The translations under genes were made by a program, and so were the position numbers. Positions 40,393 to 57,659 of a stretch of DNA of 64,000 bases are shown here, in pieces. A model generated the notes under the pieces. That model was not told the origin of the DNA, made no database searches, and worked only from the letters and a program-made list of their open reading frames with translations. Source of the stretch: Neoechinorhynchus agilis (Eukaryota > Animalia > Acanthocephala); the NCBI GenBank assembly GCA_051530055.1, contig CM121342.1, forward strand, positions 11,237,480 to 11,301,479, given 5' to 3'. The first letter of the stretch is position 1; the number at the start of each line of letters is the position of its first letter.

Positions 40393-41408
40393 CTAGTTTT
40401 CCTGATCGCTTAATCGAAATGTGGAAGGCGTTTTCTTATACCAATGAGAGCAATCCACTGTCCAAAGAATCGCTAGTCCGGCAACCAAGAGGAATGTTGC
40501 CAAAAGTGTTTGAATTGAGCGACTGCTCCCTATTCAAAGGTCATCTGATAGTTCAAATCATATTAAAAACTACTCACATTTTTTGCAGTATTTTCCTTCT
40601 GAGAAGAAATTGCAGATGCACTTGTACCTGTACACTAGATTCAAGCACTTTCCACCCGGTGAACAAGCCTCATTTTTGTAGCAATGATCAACAACTTAAA
40701 AATAAGTGGAATTGGCTTGAATTACACGTGAAAGTCACTGACCGTATTGACAAACAAACATATACATATTATCTCGGCAAGGTCTATTTTCGATTAGTGT
40801 CTCTCCGTCGCCATACAGCGACAACACTCCACACTTGTTTCGTTCTGGTCTGTGAGATTCATGGAACTGTGATACGTCTGTGGCAGCAAGAGGAATGCCG
40901 TTTATCCATCGCAAAAGATTGGTCCCTTCGTCAGCTCTGAGACCAATCAACCAATAGGAACTCTGATTTAGAGCTAAATGACGAGCTTGATCCCGAATAT
41001 AATTCAACTGATCGACATTTAGAATCACGGCCAATGTACCGTTGGCCCAAGCTCTGCAATATTGACTTGCTTGCTCCCAATCCATCTTAATCTTTGAAAA
41101 ATGGTAGCATGTACCACCATGTCGTGTTGAATTCTCAGCGCATCCTAAGCAATGTGAACCGTCTTAGACGAGAATTAAATACGCAGAAATATTACTTCGT
41201 TCATTGACGTTGTTTATATTCGACCCATAGTGAGACCAAAATTTTGTTAGGCCGTTTAAATCGAGATCCGGTTAGATAAAAGAACATACGCTCTCCCTAT
41301 TGACTTACTATTCGCTGCATATTCTTCTCCATTCCCATTTTCAGGAATGGATGCACCTCCAATTAATTTTAACATGGAGCAAAACAATACAAAAACGGAG
41401 AAATCCAT
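40393..41408 (-). CDS. Type I membrane protein: signal peptide + C-type lectin domain + EGF + TM + short tail
   Basis: MDFSVFVLFCSMLKL signal. Long-form CTLD (HCLGC...GTCYHFSK..MDWEQASQYC...WLIGL...C...PC....FVCQY). EGF DHCYKNEACSPGGKCLNLVYRYKCIC...GKYC. TM IQTLLATFLLVAGLAILW. GT-AG introns; the exon 1-2 link is unresolved. Confidence 0.8.
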
Positions 41409-42512
41409 TGGTGCGGTCTAAAATTGCGGATCGGAGACGCATGCATTTATGTAAACTTGAAGTGGTTCGCCCTCTAGAGACCGTCTCATTAGTCTCACTC
41501 TCCAATACTGATAATGGACTTTGATGCTCGCGTCTCCTACAAACGCCAGTTAACCGAGTGTCATATATGCATTCTAATGGGTTTACGGGTGCTAAATCAC
41601 CAGTGTTCATTTAAGTGCGTTTGAAACTCGTGTATGAAACACTCTACAAACTCCTTTAATCTCTCATCAACTAAGAACATTTTTTTTAAATACATCGACA
41701 CTCAATAGGATTTGAATATTCGCAACAACGTACTATTGCAAGCGGACAAAAACTTATGGGATACTACGATCGATTAGTTTCAATTAATTTTACCATGGAA
41801 ATGGATTTTATAGCTGGTAAGAAATCGAATAGCGATAATATCTAAGTTGTTTTGAAGACATTTTATACCTGAAAAGTCCGTCGTGTTAAAGTGGGATATT
41901 TTTAATCATTATTTAGAATAATCCAAGTTTGCAAGGATTGCCGTTTTGAAATCCATTCAACTGACGAACGTTGACGTCGTGAATCATGACTGTATTGTAG
42001 TATTTAAACGGAAGATGTGGTTTTATCCAAGGCTAAGACGGAAAAGTATTTTACATGACAGTAAGCTTTCATAATGATGAATCTCGTTGATGTCGATCGT
42101 TCGTTCACATACTTACTATATTATTGGCACTTAAATTTCGTAATTTAATCATTTGAATCTTACAGCAAGACCGGCTAAATATTTCGCTGCTGTCCTTGTA
42201 TTGGCAATTTTTCTGATGCTGAATTCAATCAAATAAACAAGAAATTATTCGTGTATCGGTACAAGCAACTGAAGGGGAATAAGTCGCTAGAAATCGATTG
42301 ATGGTAGAAATGTTCTTAGGCAAAATGACGTGTATTTGCTTACAATTAATAAGCTGATTCAAAGCACCAACTATAAGTTTTCTGAGACTTCTTTGTGATT
42401 AAATCATTAAGGAGTTTGAACTTACTGCAGATTAGAGTCCTCAGTTTCAATTCAAAAAGGTACAATCATGTTTATTCAGTGTCCGTCACGCACAGATGCA
42501 TTTTCTAGGACG

Positions 42513-43606
42513 TTAAGCTTTTGAAAATATACGGTCACAATACCGTCGGATGGAATCCTGCTTCGTTACTCGCCTATGGTGCAAGTTAATTGGCGTCGAA
42601 TACATCATAGTATGAACGTTTGCATCATTTTTTCGAGACATTTCCAAGCTTAATTCAAGTTCAAATTCAACCTGTACGTTCTTAGAAGCAAAAGTAATAT
42701 CCCTGAACCATCCTGGAAACCCAATCCTCAACAGAGCTTCTGTAAAAGCTTTATCGTTCATCTCGAATTCGTGGATCGAAACCTTTAGTGGCACGAATTT
42801 CGTCGTATGCTTAAATATCCTTTTATTTTCACGAACACCTAATGTCACGCCATGGATAATATAATTATTGTTAGGTACAGATCGATTTCGAGTGCAAATA
42901 TTGATTCTAATTCCGTCTTCCAGTTCAATGTTGGTGTCGTACAAGATACAATGAAGCTCAAGGGCACAATCATTGCCGATTGTTTGATTGCTTTTTACAA
43001 GGAAAGACTTCAGCTTTACCGGTGAGTCTATTGGTTTCGTTCCGGCAATTACTATTTCTTCTTTGAAATTTAAATTCGACTGGAATTTTCGCTTCTTGTT
43101 CATTGGCTTGGGTACGTGTAAAGGAAGTGATAAAATACCATTGTTCTGTCGACAAATCACTTCAAGGAAATATGAGACATTCGTCGTAGGATTGATGTAC
43201 TCCGAGGATTCTCCGTTTTTGCCCCTACACGAGAACCTCAGACATAAGTAGAAGGAGCGATCTGTTTGGGCAGTAGAACATCAAAGCTAGCTTTATGCTT
43301 GGTACAGTCTGACTCTGGTTCAAGCGCAATAATCGTACGTGTTTCCCAGAGAACACGAGTCTTTGGCATCTTGGCAATAAGCATTCTAGTGCCACTTATA
43401 ATCGAATATATTCTAACATGAGCGTAAAATCTAGAACCCTTGGAATCTTTGTTTTGGCTAAGCTTGTCCTTGTCGAAACTCGCAGCCGAATCAGCGGTAT
43501 CAACCAATTCAATAATTCCAGCAATTGCACTTCCCGCGTAATAGGTCTTTTTTGAACAACAATCATCGCTGATTCCATGATCCAAAGTTACTTGTAAAGT
43601 CTTCAT
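42513..43606 (-). CDS. Arrestin-fold (alpha-arrestin-like) protein, 2 exons (43606-43244, 43199-42513)
   Basis: TYYAGSAIAGIIEL, ASFDVLLPKQIAPST and NVSYFLEVI resemble arrestin_N motifs. A 44-nt GT-AG intron joins the two ORFs in frame. Confidence 0.55.
43200..43243 (-). other. 44-nt hairpin intron with canonical GT...AG ends
   Basis: GTCTGAGGTTCTCGT-GTAGGGGCAAAA-ACGGAGAATCCTCGGAG: 14 base pairs with 2 bulges, starting at intron position +2. Confidence 0.7.
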
Positions 43607-44131
43607 TTTAAGTCAAGATGTGGAGGATTTTTATATAGCAACTCTCGTGCACCTCTTCATATATCGCTTTGACTAACTCATAGTGAGCAATCCTCGCGCA
43701 AAAACAAGCCCGAAACCCACAAAATACAAGTAGTACTATTCTAGCGCGTTAAAATAGACAAAAAGTCTTAGTTCCTAGTATTTGAACACGTTTACTTCGC
43801 ATTTGTGGAGCGTAAATAAGACACATCTGAGGTTAGTGCGTTTTCGTTGAAATGTCTTAAGAATATGAGCAGTTTAGCGTAAAAAGTTGAGAAGCAACAG
43901 ATTTTTTAATAAAACACTTCCATTATGTATCGAGCAATAACAATTGTAGCTCCTTTTTTAAAGAAAAACTAGTATAAATCTTTGTCAGGGTACTCAAATG
44001 TCAACTGCTATAAATTTAACTGAACTGCATCTTGCTGGTTGAAAAGAGCATAATTTCTCATCGCTTTTTAAATCCAGAGGCTTCTCGTCGCTATTTTTGT
44101 TCTGAATTATACGGCTCGGTTTTACGGGGTA

Positions 44132-45600
44132 TTAAAAATTGAGTTCGAGTCGGCAAAGATTGATCGGTTGTAGGATGTTGGGCGCATTCACAGTATTCAG
44201 GGCACGGCTAAGAATTGCGTTCACTTCGGCGTGCCGTGAGTACCTTCCGCCTGATTGCCGACAGACGAGACCATGGCGTCTAGATGGTTCCACGGTCGCT
44301 CCGCAACGGCAGCGATGGGATGTGCACATCGGTATCCCAAGTCTAAGGGACACTGCAATCCTTACTGTCTCGTCGGAGAGAAGGGTACCCACAGAAGCGA
44401 TTTGGATAGCGTTGGGCTAAGCACCCGATTCCATGTAAAGACTGAGGCCAATCGAGTTTGGTTCACCAGGTCACGAGAATCTGTGTCCCAAACTGATTGT
44501 TTGCATCCATTAACGGGTACCTGCTTGCTGCCTGAATCTCAGAACCAAAGATTAAGCGCCTCCACGAAATCTTCATCCAAAGTGTAATTCTCGCCAAGAA
44601 AGGATTGAACTATTTTGCGGCTTGCTTCATACGATCCCAAATAAGCTGGCGGGCAAGAACGCTTGACGCCAGATATCGCCTGACAGCTGAGTATTTAAAA
44701 TTTTCTCGAGGGGGGCTTTTACCGTCTCGTCTAATTTTGCCAGCTTATCCTTATGTCTAAAAAAGGTGCCGTATGCAGTTTATACAGCAATTTTTGAATG
44801 AAGAGGTCTGCAACCGCCGCTGAAGAACGCAGAAATCATTATGTTCCCTTTGGCGTCGAGACACTCGGGTCGTTTGATACCGCGGCGCAGGACGATACGA
44901 ATCACTGGCGATCCGAGGGCAGGACCTTTTCTCCTACAAAACATAAATCTGCCCCTGCGACCGGGGAGGGAACGCTGCATCCGTCCTTTCGACCGTTGTG
45001 ATAAAGAGCGGTGGTGTGAATGATTTGTTATTCAAATAAAAAATTCTTGATCGGGAACAGTCTCATATGAAGATGATTCATTAACTCGTTCGCTCAACCG
45101 GTATAGGCACTTCGTCTTCCACGTTTATCATTAGAATTTCGCATTCCGCAGGATTAAGTTCAATGCCGATTTTGGTCATCTCCTTCACGAGTTTCTTGAA
45201 ATCTCGCAGTACTACAGAGGGATTACCTTCGAGCGTGGCATCATCTAGTTATCTGCCGTCAAATCCAGTGATGCGCCGTAAAACAGCTCAATTGCTTTCG
45301 GAATCAACTCTCCCCCTACAAATTGGTCGACCTAGCGCGTTTGTGCATCTTCAAGGGGCTGGGCTGCGTCACCCACTGAAAAGGAAGTCATCTCTTTTAG
45401 GTGTTGGGGCCGCAGCCAGTCTAGCCCGTGAGCTGATTCGTTAGCAAAAGAGGAGATTGCCATCTTAACTTCTGATTTCGATGATAAAACATGAGGGATC
45501 GTAACGAAGGAAGGTTTCATTGTCATCTCTTAGCGAGACAAATGGTAAACATCGAACCGCTTTTCTGACATCTCGTCTACGAACTTCGAAGAAACGCGCA
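44132..45600. mobile_element. Rearranged CRE-clade non-LTR retrotransposon
   Basis: Minus: DVRKAVR, SSFANESAHGLDWLRPQHLKE, PAYLGS, SVGTLLSDETVRIAVSLRLG and the CCHC finger CRCG...HGLVC...RHAEVN. Plus (44798-45000): AAEERR..YVPFGVETLG...RGNAASVL (REL domain). Confidence 0.9.
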
Positions 45601-47229
45601 CAGTAAGCGGCCGATTCGAATAAGGGGTTAATCGTAACAAAATCGATGTTTCCATAGCTTGCTACCGGACAGTGGTATTCATCGTGTTTATCTTTGTTAA
45701 TCTTAGAAGAGTGAAGTAATCACAAAAGTACTTAGATTGTATCGATGATTTCCGCCATGAGCTAAAAAGTTTGGAGGAATAAGTGCTTAAAAAATGAACA
45801 TTTATTATTGGTCCTAATTTATGCTGATTGGATAAATATTTCATGGCAAAAACATTTAGTTGAACATATTGCTCCTTGCATATCAATGCCCATCTTCATT
45901 TTCCAGCCCCTCGTTATTGAGTAGCGCGTATTTTTGGATTCGATTTTTTTCGAGAACAATTAATATTCAAATTGTGAATCAATTCCGAAAATTTGGTATA
46001 AAGCTTAAAGGGACGTGCTTCAAACTGGCATTCGTTGATTATACAGGTAAAATGTTAATATTTTTGACTCATCATATTAGAGTTGTAGTAATGGATTGAT
46101 CACTTATTTTCACACATTGTTGCACTATTATCAATCATCCATATGCGAAAGTTCTTTTACAATCAGTGGGAGGGAAGATTGGGTATTTTTTAACTCAGCT
46201 TCAAAAATAATGTCATTCGATCAAATGTTTGCCGTGAGCTACATTTCCACTTGAGTAACTATTTGAATGAAACTCATGTTTGGGCATTGAGTCAGGTTTC
46301 TCAAAGGAGTGAAACACAAGCATTTCAACAAAAGGGCGAATTCTTTATTTGAGATGGCGACAAAGAGATCCGAATCCGCGTCTGAATTATTCGTAAAGCT
46401 CACAGCCAAGATGCTAATGAAGATGTTCAGGCGTTCAGTGAGGGGAAAAGGTGGAAGGTTTTCGCAAGTCCGGAGACGACCGTTAAGAGAACCTTTATTA
46501 AAACGAGTTGTTCGACATGTCGCCGACGGTCTTGGTGATTTGGGATGCCAAATCAAATAGAAGCATTTAAAGTACAAGTATTGACGTGTATCCGTTAGTA
46601 AATTCATTAACAATACACGTATCGGTAATCTAGGATAGAAGGATATTGCCACAGTCCTTCGTTTACACGTTTGAAGAAAAAGAATGCACTTTTTCTTAAT
46701 GGCACTAATCTCCAGTGAAAATCAGACACAAAAATCATTCAAAGTTGTATTTGACTTTTGAAAAACTGCTTTTCTCTACGTTAAAAAGTGTATGAAACCT
46801 AAGCTTGGATGCATGGCACTTTTCAGTGCAGAAAATCTTCTCCAAATTTGCGTGTACCAACAATAAATCATTATTTCGGCTTAAATACCGTAAAAAAACA
46901 TCAAGCGAGTAAAAGGCGTAAAAATATTTTTGCTGAGCCTAACTAAGAAACGATCAATCACCAACTTTCGATCCCTTTAACGATTCATTTGGAACATCGA
47001 ATGATATTCTTTGTGCTCTTTATTTGTATCTTGGCCTTTACAACGCCTTTTCGCAAAGGTAAAACAATGTGACTTTCACTCTAACATATATATAATCTCG
47101 AAAATTCGCCAAATGCTTTAGATCTCGCGCATTGCTACCTAAGTAGGTTTACGATGTTTTAAGGGAACTTCCACTTTTTAAAACTTTAGAAAATGTTGAG
47201 GGCACTTATAAAACCGGTCAGTACAGAAA

Positions 47230-48339
47230 ACTTTAGATTAACATTTATATTTGATCATTTAGACACATTAAATGCTCAACGGTGCGATCGAGTCTGTGAA
47301 AGACGAAGTAAGTCTTATTTTTCGAGCGTTTTTCGTGCTAATTGAACGTATTTTTAGAGTTCAAGAGGCCTGTGAGTATGATTGTTATTATGTAGTCATT
47401 TTATGTTGTCTTCTAATTTATGTTTATTTTTTGAAAATAGACAGCAAGTGAAATTGATGAAGGTCAGAGAGAACGAGAAATTTTATTATTAAAATTATCT
47501 ATTTGTTGTACGCAGAAGATATCTTTTTTTCAGCATGTACTCCGTATATTAAGGCGGTGGAGGAACTCCATTCAAAAGGAGAACAAATCAGAAGTATGTA
47601 TTTGATTTACTCCGCGATTTATTTAAAGTTCATTAAGAGCTAAAACAAAGAATAGAGCAGCAATGGAATAAACATCAATTGGATCCTTCGGCAGCAAACG
47701 CATTTTCAGGTATTTGTTTTTTGTGTAAAACTTAAACTGAAACAACTTTAATGTCATCAAATAGAAAAACTTTATTGTTATTTAAGTTAGTATTTTTTAG
47801 CAAACGAATAAAAAATGCGTTGGCAATAATATTCATTTAGAACCGTATCGAGGTACTGAGATAAAATCAATTTTTATAGCTTAAATTTACATCACAGGAA
47901 GTCCTTTCGCAAATGAACGTACCCAAGTAAGCTAATTCAAAGTGTCTTTGAAATATCACAAAAATATTATTTAGGCTCACAATTGTGTCACTGAAACAAG
48001 AAGTGAGTTTTCGCCGCTCTTTTCATGTTAAATAGAAATTTTCATTTTAGAATTCAAAAGACCGGTGCGTTTTTATGTGATTTCGGGCAAATTCTCATTG
48101 ACACTTTTATAAAATGAAAGATGCCAAGTGAAATTGACGAACGTAAGAAAAAATGCGGCTGAGTTCACGACAAATGTCTTTACTTTAGAGGACATTTTCT
48201 TTAATGGTTGTATCCCGTACATCAAAGCAATCGAAGAACTCGAAGCGCAAAGGATGGAGATCCCGAAAGGTAAAATTTGGTACTCTTTAAATTAACAATT
48301 CATCTATTACATGTAGTGGAAAAGAAGAAAATATTCTAA
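47230..48339 (+). CDS. Micro-exon gene with an internal duplication (5' end not resolved, probably further upstream)
   Basis: GT-AG exons of 14/22/78 nt (47358-47371, 47441-47462, 47516-47593) and 14/22/81 nt (48051-48064, 48121-48142, 48189-48269). They encode KFKRPTASEIDEEDIFFSACTPYIKAVEEL and KFKRPMPSEIDEQDIFFNGCIPYIKAIEEL. Stop at 48337-48339. Confidence 0.6.
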
Positions 48340-48726
48340 GTTTTACCTCGAACGCTTGGTATTAGTTTTCTATATCTCTTAGAATTTTAGTAAAAGATCT
48401 TTAGTTTATGATGGATGGCATGGTCTGAACATTGCGAACTCCCCAAGTTTTTATCATAAAGTTCAAAGCGTTCCCGAATTCATGATTGCCCACCTACTTT
48501 TTTCGAATGTAGTCATTGTTTTGAGCAAAGATCACACTCGCAGTCACTGTCGTTCAAAAGCCTGTGAGTGTGTGCATCAATGCTGATGGTTATAGCTGAG
48601 ATGAGTGTACACAATACTAAGGTTTGAACGATGCTAGTCTTGTTTGTGCGAGACATTTGTGGTTCTTGGCATCCACAATTTCTTACAATCTACGGACGAA
48701 CTGTGTTATCCATTCTGAGCAAGCAC

Positions 48727-52730
<4,004 letters not shown>

Positions 52731-54262
52731 TAAGTAAGTTGACGAAACGAAGCTCCGCTTGTCGGCGCTGAAACTACACTTCCTTTCCTGACGTTTAACG
52801 AGATCTAAGCCTGGATCTTCATTGGATGAGTTTGAAATCATCAGTAACTGGACCTCGTCGGAACAATTCACGACGACGACGACAGGGTACAAACGAAAAC
52901 AGAGTCAACCGACCGGAGAGTCGCTTTTTTCTGAAATTTCAGGAGCGGTTAATGTGGATCGGGATGAAAGTTTGTGCGTGTGATGAGCATGCACGCCTTA
53001 TCAAGTCTTCTTCCATAAACTCCAATGATTCTCAGTGCTCTTGGCATCATGCCCCCCATCCCCTTCGTTAAACGATGCCGAGTATTGTTGTGTGTGCATG
53101 GAAGATCTGTTTCATCTCTTCCTCCTCACATAATGCCTCAGGATCTCCCCTGCTGCAATGCCAGCACAGAATGGAACCTCGCACGCCTTTAGAGCCGATG
53201 CATATAAGAAGCAGTAGCGTGGAAGAGCGAGATTGTTGGTATTGTTACACATAAGACGTAAAAGACGAGCTGATGGGAAAACTAATTAAGCGAATGGGTG
53301 ACATAAGAGATAGATAGACTATTATTTCGTTCCCATTCAGCCTTATTAGAAAATGATTTGCCATTTAGACGAGGCATTTGAACGATTTTGGTTGGGGAAA
53401 ATCACGAGTTTCTAAAGCGTCTCAAATCTCAGTGAAAGAAAATTATAATGATTTAAAATTATTGTTTTGAAGTCTACACCCGGTAAATGATTATTTATTA
53501 AAGACATGGCGTCTATTACTAACAATCTGATGATGATGAACCCCTCACGGGGTTCGTAGAGAACGTCTTTAATAAACTCGTTACCGGATGAAGACTTCTA
53601 AATAATAATTCTCTAATCATATACTATACGGTACCTGCTCACATACCGACGTTTTCATACTGATTTGGTCAATAGCGTTGATTGCCCCCCTGATCGGGTA
53701 TTACTTGAGGTCGTGATTGAAGAGCCACTCAGACTACTGACCTGTTTTATGCAGATCCGCTGCTGAAAGTATTCGCAACGATTTGTTAGAATGCGCCTTC
53801 TCTTGTATTCTCCTATATATCTCATAAATCAGGATCTGGATACTGACAGAAAACTGCCACTTCACACTCCCGCTACTAGCGAATACTTTGCGTCTTACCT
53901 CTAAGCACCCATAGACTATTTTCCATCACGGCACCGGCACATTAGACAAAGAGATGAGTCGACAGCCGGTAACGGCACCTACGGAAAAAGATTTTTGCCA
54001 TCATCCGGATGAGGAATTCGGAAGCACATTGTTAACAGACTACATCGCAAGTAGCTAGTTCATATGGAAATAGGTGTGTGTGTGTGTGCGTGTGCCATCA
54101 TGGATCTGATGATGGTAGTGAGAGAATGGAGAAATGAACATTTAGCTTCTGTCGCCAAAAATAGAGCCAACATACCACACGTACTCGAGATCGGAAAGGA
54201 AAACCATTAAATAGCACCGCTAATCGACCATCAACACGAAAACCGGACAATATTAGAGTCGA

Positions 54263-54886
54263 TCAGGATTCTTCGACAAGCACAATACCTTCCGGCAATC
54301 GCTTAGTAAAATCTATCAATTTCTGATCCACATTTTCGTCCTTACAATCAGATATGCAAAATATCTCCAAAATCCAGTCTTCGCCAAACTTTTCAATTTT
54401 GGGCTCACTTTCACATTTAGCCGAAATTAGCGATGACAATCGGACTGTAAGTCCTTGAGTTCGGTATACAAATCCATGAAACGCTAGTTTAAACGCCGGC
54501 AAAAATCCATTGCATTCCAAATATTTGCCAATATTGTGATCGGAAAAGGTCTCTGCGTACGTTTTTGCCATGACTGGTCGTCTTCGTCGGTACGTTATAC
54601 CTTCGGTCATCATCAAATGAACTGGGCAATCCTTATAGTGTTCATCCTCGATTGGCATTCGTACATAAAACCGGTTTTCATGCATCGTTAACGACTGGCA
54701 CTTGTGCTGCCCCTGAAACTGAGAGATTTGCTCCATATTAGGTCTGTAGCAAATCTCTATTTCCTTAAAACTCTGTTCTGCGTTGCAAAAGTCTGTGCAC
54801 ATCGATCGGAGGCGATGCCTAAGCGAATCGACCATCGATGCAGGGACGGATGCATCAATGTAGTAACGCATTTGTTCGAAATTCAT
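54263..54886 (-). CDS. MED18: Mediator subunit 18
   Basis: Intronless 207 aa. YYIDASV...SLRHRLRSMC, YLECNGF...FHGFVYR, WILEI and FTKRL...VLV match Med18/Srb5. Confidence 0.75.
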   Translation of the reverse strand: MNFEQMRYYIDASVPASMVDSLRHRLRSMCTDFCNAEQSFKEIEICYRPNMEQISQFQGQHKCQSLTMHENRFYVRMPIEDEHYKDCPVHLMMTEGITYRRRRPVMAKTYAETFSDHNIGKYLECNGFLPAFKLAFHGFVYRTQGLTVRLSSLISAKCESEPKIEKFGEDWILEIFCISDCKDENVDQKLIDFTKRLPEGIVLVEES

Positions 54887-56455
54887 CTAGCGATAGATAG
54901 TGATCGATGAGGGTCGGGTGCACGATTAGCTGAAATATGAAGAGCGAATAACCGAAACGTACACCCGCTTCGACCTCCAATTCACTTCGCGTTCTGGTTC
55001 GTTTAACCACGTTCGTTGATGTTGATGAAAAGAGAGAGGAATATGCCGTTGTTAATAGGGACAAATGACATTTGCGAAATCGATAGTTGCCATTCAAAAG
55101 AGCACTTTTATATGGTTTTGCAAGCCGAGAATTTAAACGAATAAGACGCCTCGTGGGACAAATCAAAGTCTTATCCTAAAAGTAGTGCCTTTGATCATGC
55201 ATAAGAACATTTTTGATGGCTGAAAATATTTGGAAGTTATCCATCTCAATAAATCAACTTTTGTGTAGAGAAAAATGTACGATTTTCGCCGTCCGGGATT
55301 CGTATAAATCTTTCTAATTTTATTTCCACGGTACGTTGATGAAAGTAGAAAGTTCGCTGTTAAGTAAAAAGTAAGAAGATTTTAATTATTGATTCCCTGG
55401 GCAAATCACATTAGTCCCACTGGGAACCAGATATCTCTCGACGGAAAAGGGCGTCAGTATGGCAGATACATTCAAAAACAATAGATTGTTATCCGAAATC
55501 CTTAGACGTATGATGATTCTGAATGAAGGCTTACGGAGATCGGGATACGAGAATACACACTAATAATTGAGATAAGATATATGGAGAAATTTAAAACTTC
55601 GATTTGAATTATTTACTCAGTAAAGAGGCTAACTGAAAGATTTGAAGAAGTCTCTTTTGTACACGCTGATCGTAAAGTTGAGAGATGCGAATAGTGATTC
55701 TTAATTCCTTAGCGTTCAATGGAAGATCAGGGTTTATTCTTACCATCATAAGGCAAAAGATTCTCGAGAGCTGAACGGCACAAATGCGGATGTTGGCAGC
55801 CTTGAATTCCGCGAACACACTAGAGTGAGTTATATATTTAATGAAACTTCTGCATCGTCGTTTGAACGTTTTCGTAGTCAATGAATAACGAATAGCGCTG
55901 TTTCTCTGGAGAAAAATAAAATGATATTCTGCTGTTGGGGATCGGTGTAGGAAAGGCCGAAAGGATGTTTTTGGGTAGCGTTTAGGCATAAGTAAATCAT
56001 GTTGATTGGAAAATTGGGAATCTTATCTTTAGATAAAAAACACTGATCGTATCGACCCCTCTTCAAATAGAACTATTCGAATAGCTCCGTTAGGCGCAAT
56101 ACAGTTGGGCGTTATACTGACTTCCCTCATTATTTCCGTCCAATAGAAAGAGTCCAATGACTCCAGATCGACTTGTATCGATTGCGCCAATTTAGTTCAA
56201 AATTATATTTTTCTATCATGAAGTTAAAATGGGTTTAAGATTCGCTCCCAATCTATTACGAATAATCATATTTACGGCACTGGTTGAGAACAAAAATTAC
56301 ATCTCTTAAAAGATATTCAAGCAAGTCTTAGTGTAGCTAGTGAAGTGCCGATAAACAAATCCGAATCAAAAGATTTTTTAAATGGAAGACCCATGCCAAA
56401 CCTTCGGCTCAATGATTACCTTTCATTGGGGATTGCACTCGGGTGTTTAAATATT

Positions 56456-56756
56456 TTGTTATTTAGGTCGCTTGTCAACACTTGAGAGCGAGATCGCATT
56501 AAAGACGAATGTATATATATTTCGACTGATTGGATCCGAGTCATTTGACCAATTCAATCTAAAAAATTGGCAGGTATTAACCAGGGATCGTAACTTTAGT
56601 AGGCGAAGACAAGCCTTCATGTCGTGTGTTTTTGACTGTAATTGCTAATTTTTAGATTGAATTGGTCAAATGACTCGGATCCAATAAGTCGAAATATATA
56701 TACATTTGTCTTTAATGCAATCTCTCTCGGGTGTTGGCAAACGACCTAAATAACAA
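56456..56756. mobile_element. Approx. 300-bp MITE / fold-back element with approx. 115-bp TIRs
   Basis: TTGTTATTTAGGTCG...CAATTCAATCTAAAAAATTGGCA is reverse-complementary to TGCTAATTTTTAGATTGAATTG...CGACCTAAATAACAA. No clear TSD. Confidence 0.8.
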
Positions 56757-57659
56757 CATCAATGATTGCCCTTTAAAAGTCCTATACAAAAGTTTCTCTG
56801 TCGAAAGGTTCCATGGCGGATTACTGGTGTTACTAACCCTGACTCGATTCGAAAATATGTGAACCGATTAATGCTCTGAACGACCAAAGTAAAATACCAA
56901 ACCCGGATCGCATTTACATTCCAGCTAAAATGCGCATTAACGAATAAAATGAACACATGAAGGTAAATACCCGATCGTATCTTTTTAAATAATTTTGACA
57001 GATGTTGAAGATGACTAACTTAAAAACTATGCTCCTAGATTCACCATTATCTGGTAACCCTTCTCGGGCTATTCTTACATTTCTCCATCCACATCATTCT
57101 TTCTTTCTGTAATCACCCGACGTTTTAACACACATTCAACGTTTTGAACAAACTCCCTTGCTTCTTTTTCCGATCTTGAAACCTTCATTCAACTTTGTAC
57201 TTGATCTACTCACTTTCAGTAAACAAACTCTCCACTCTATATTCGGTGTCTGCTTTCATAAAAATAAATTAAACACCATTCTGACTCTTTTCCCTCACCT
57301 CAAGACCTTTTCGTTTAATCGCCAATTCACAATTTGCCTCTCGACTGATTTCTCAACCGACTGTAAACCTTTTCGATTGCCGTTAAAATAAATGTTTATT
57401 TCAAACGAATATTTCGTAGTTTGACTTTTCAGGGTCATGCATACGCAATCTCAGTAGCACTATTATTCGAATTCAAAGCTTAAGGATAATACCCTCTTGT
57501 TTCAAAGATTTTAACCTCGCTAAGACCGTAGTTTATTTGACCATGTCAACGAGATTCGGTTTGCTCAATCGCATGTTGATTAGTTGATCGATTATCGATT
57601 GATTTCTCAACCGTTTTTAAACCTTTTCGTTTGTCGTTATTTTAGCAATTTACACTATA

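Noticed and set aside
46239-46652. Overlapping 83-aa and 137-aa ORFs
   Set aside because: No recognisable family. Could be a TE remnant or the 5' part of the micro-exon gene, but this is unsupported.
53525-53560. CTGATGA followed by a GAACCCC/GGGGTTC stem
   Set aside because: Lacks the GAAA strand, so it is not a credible hammerhead.
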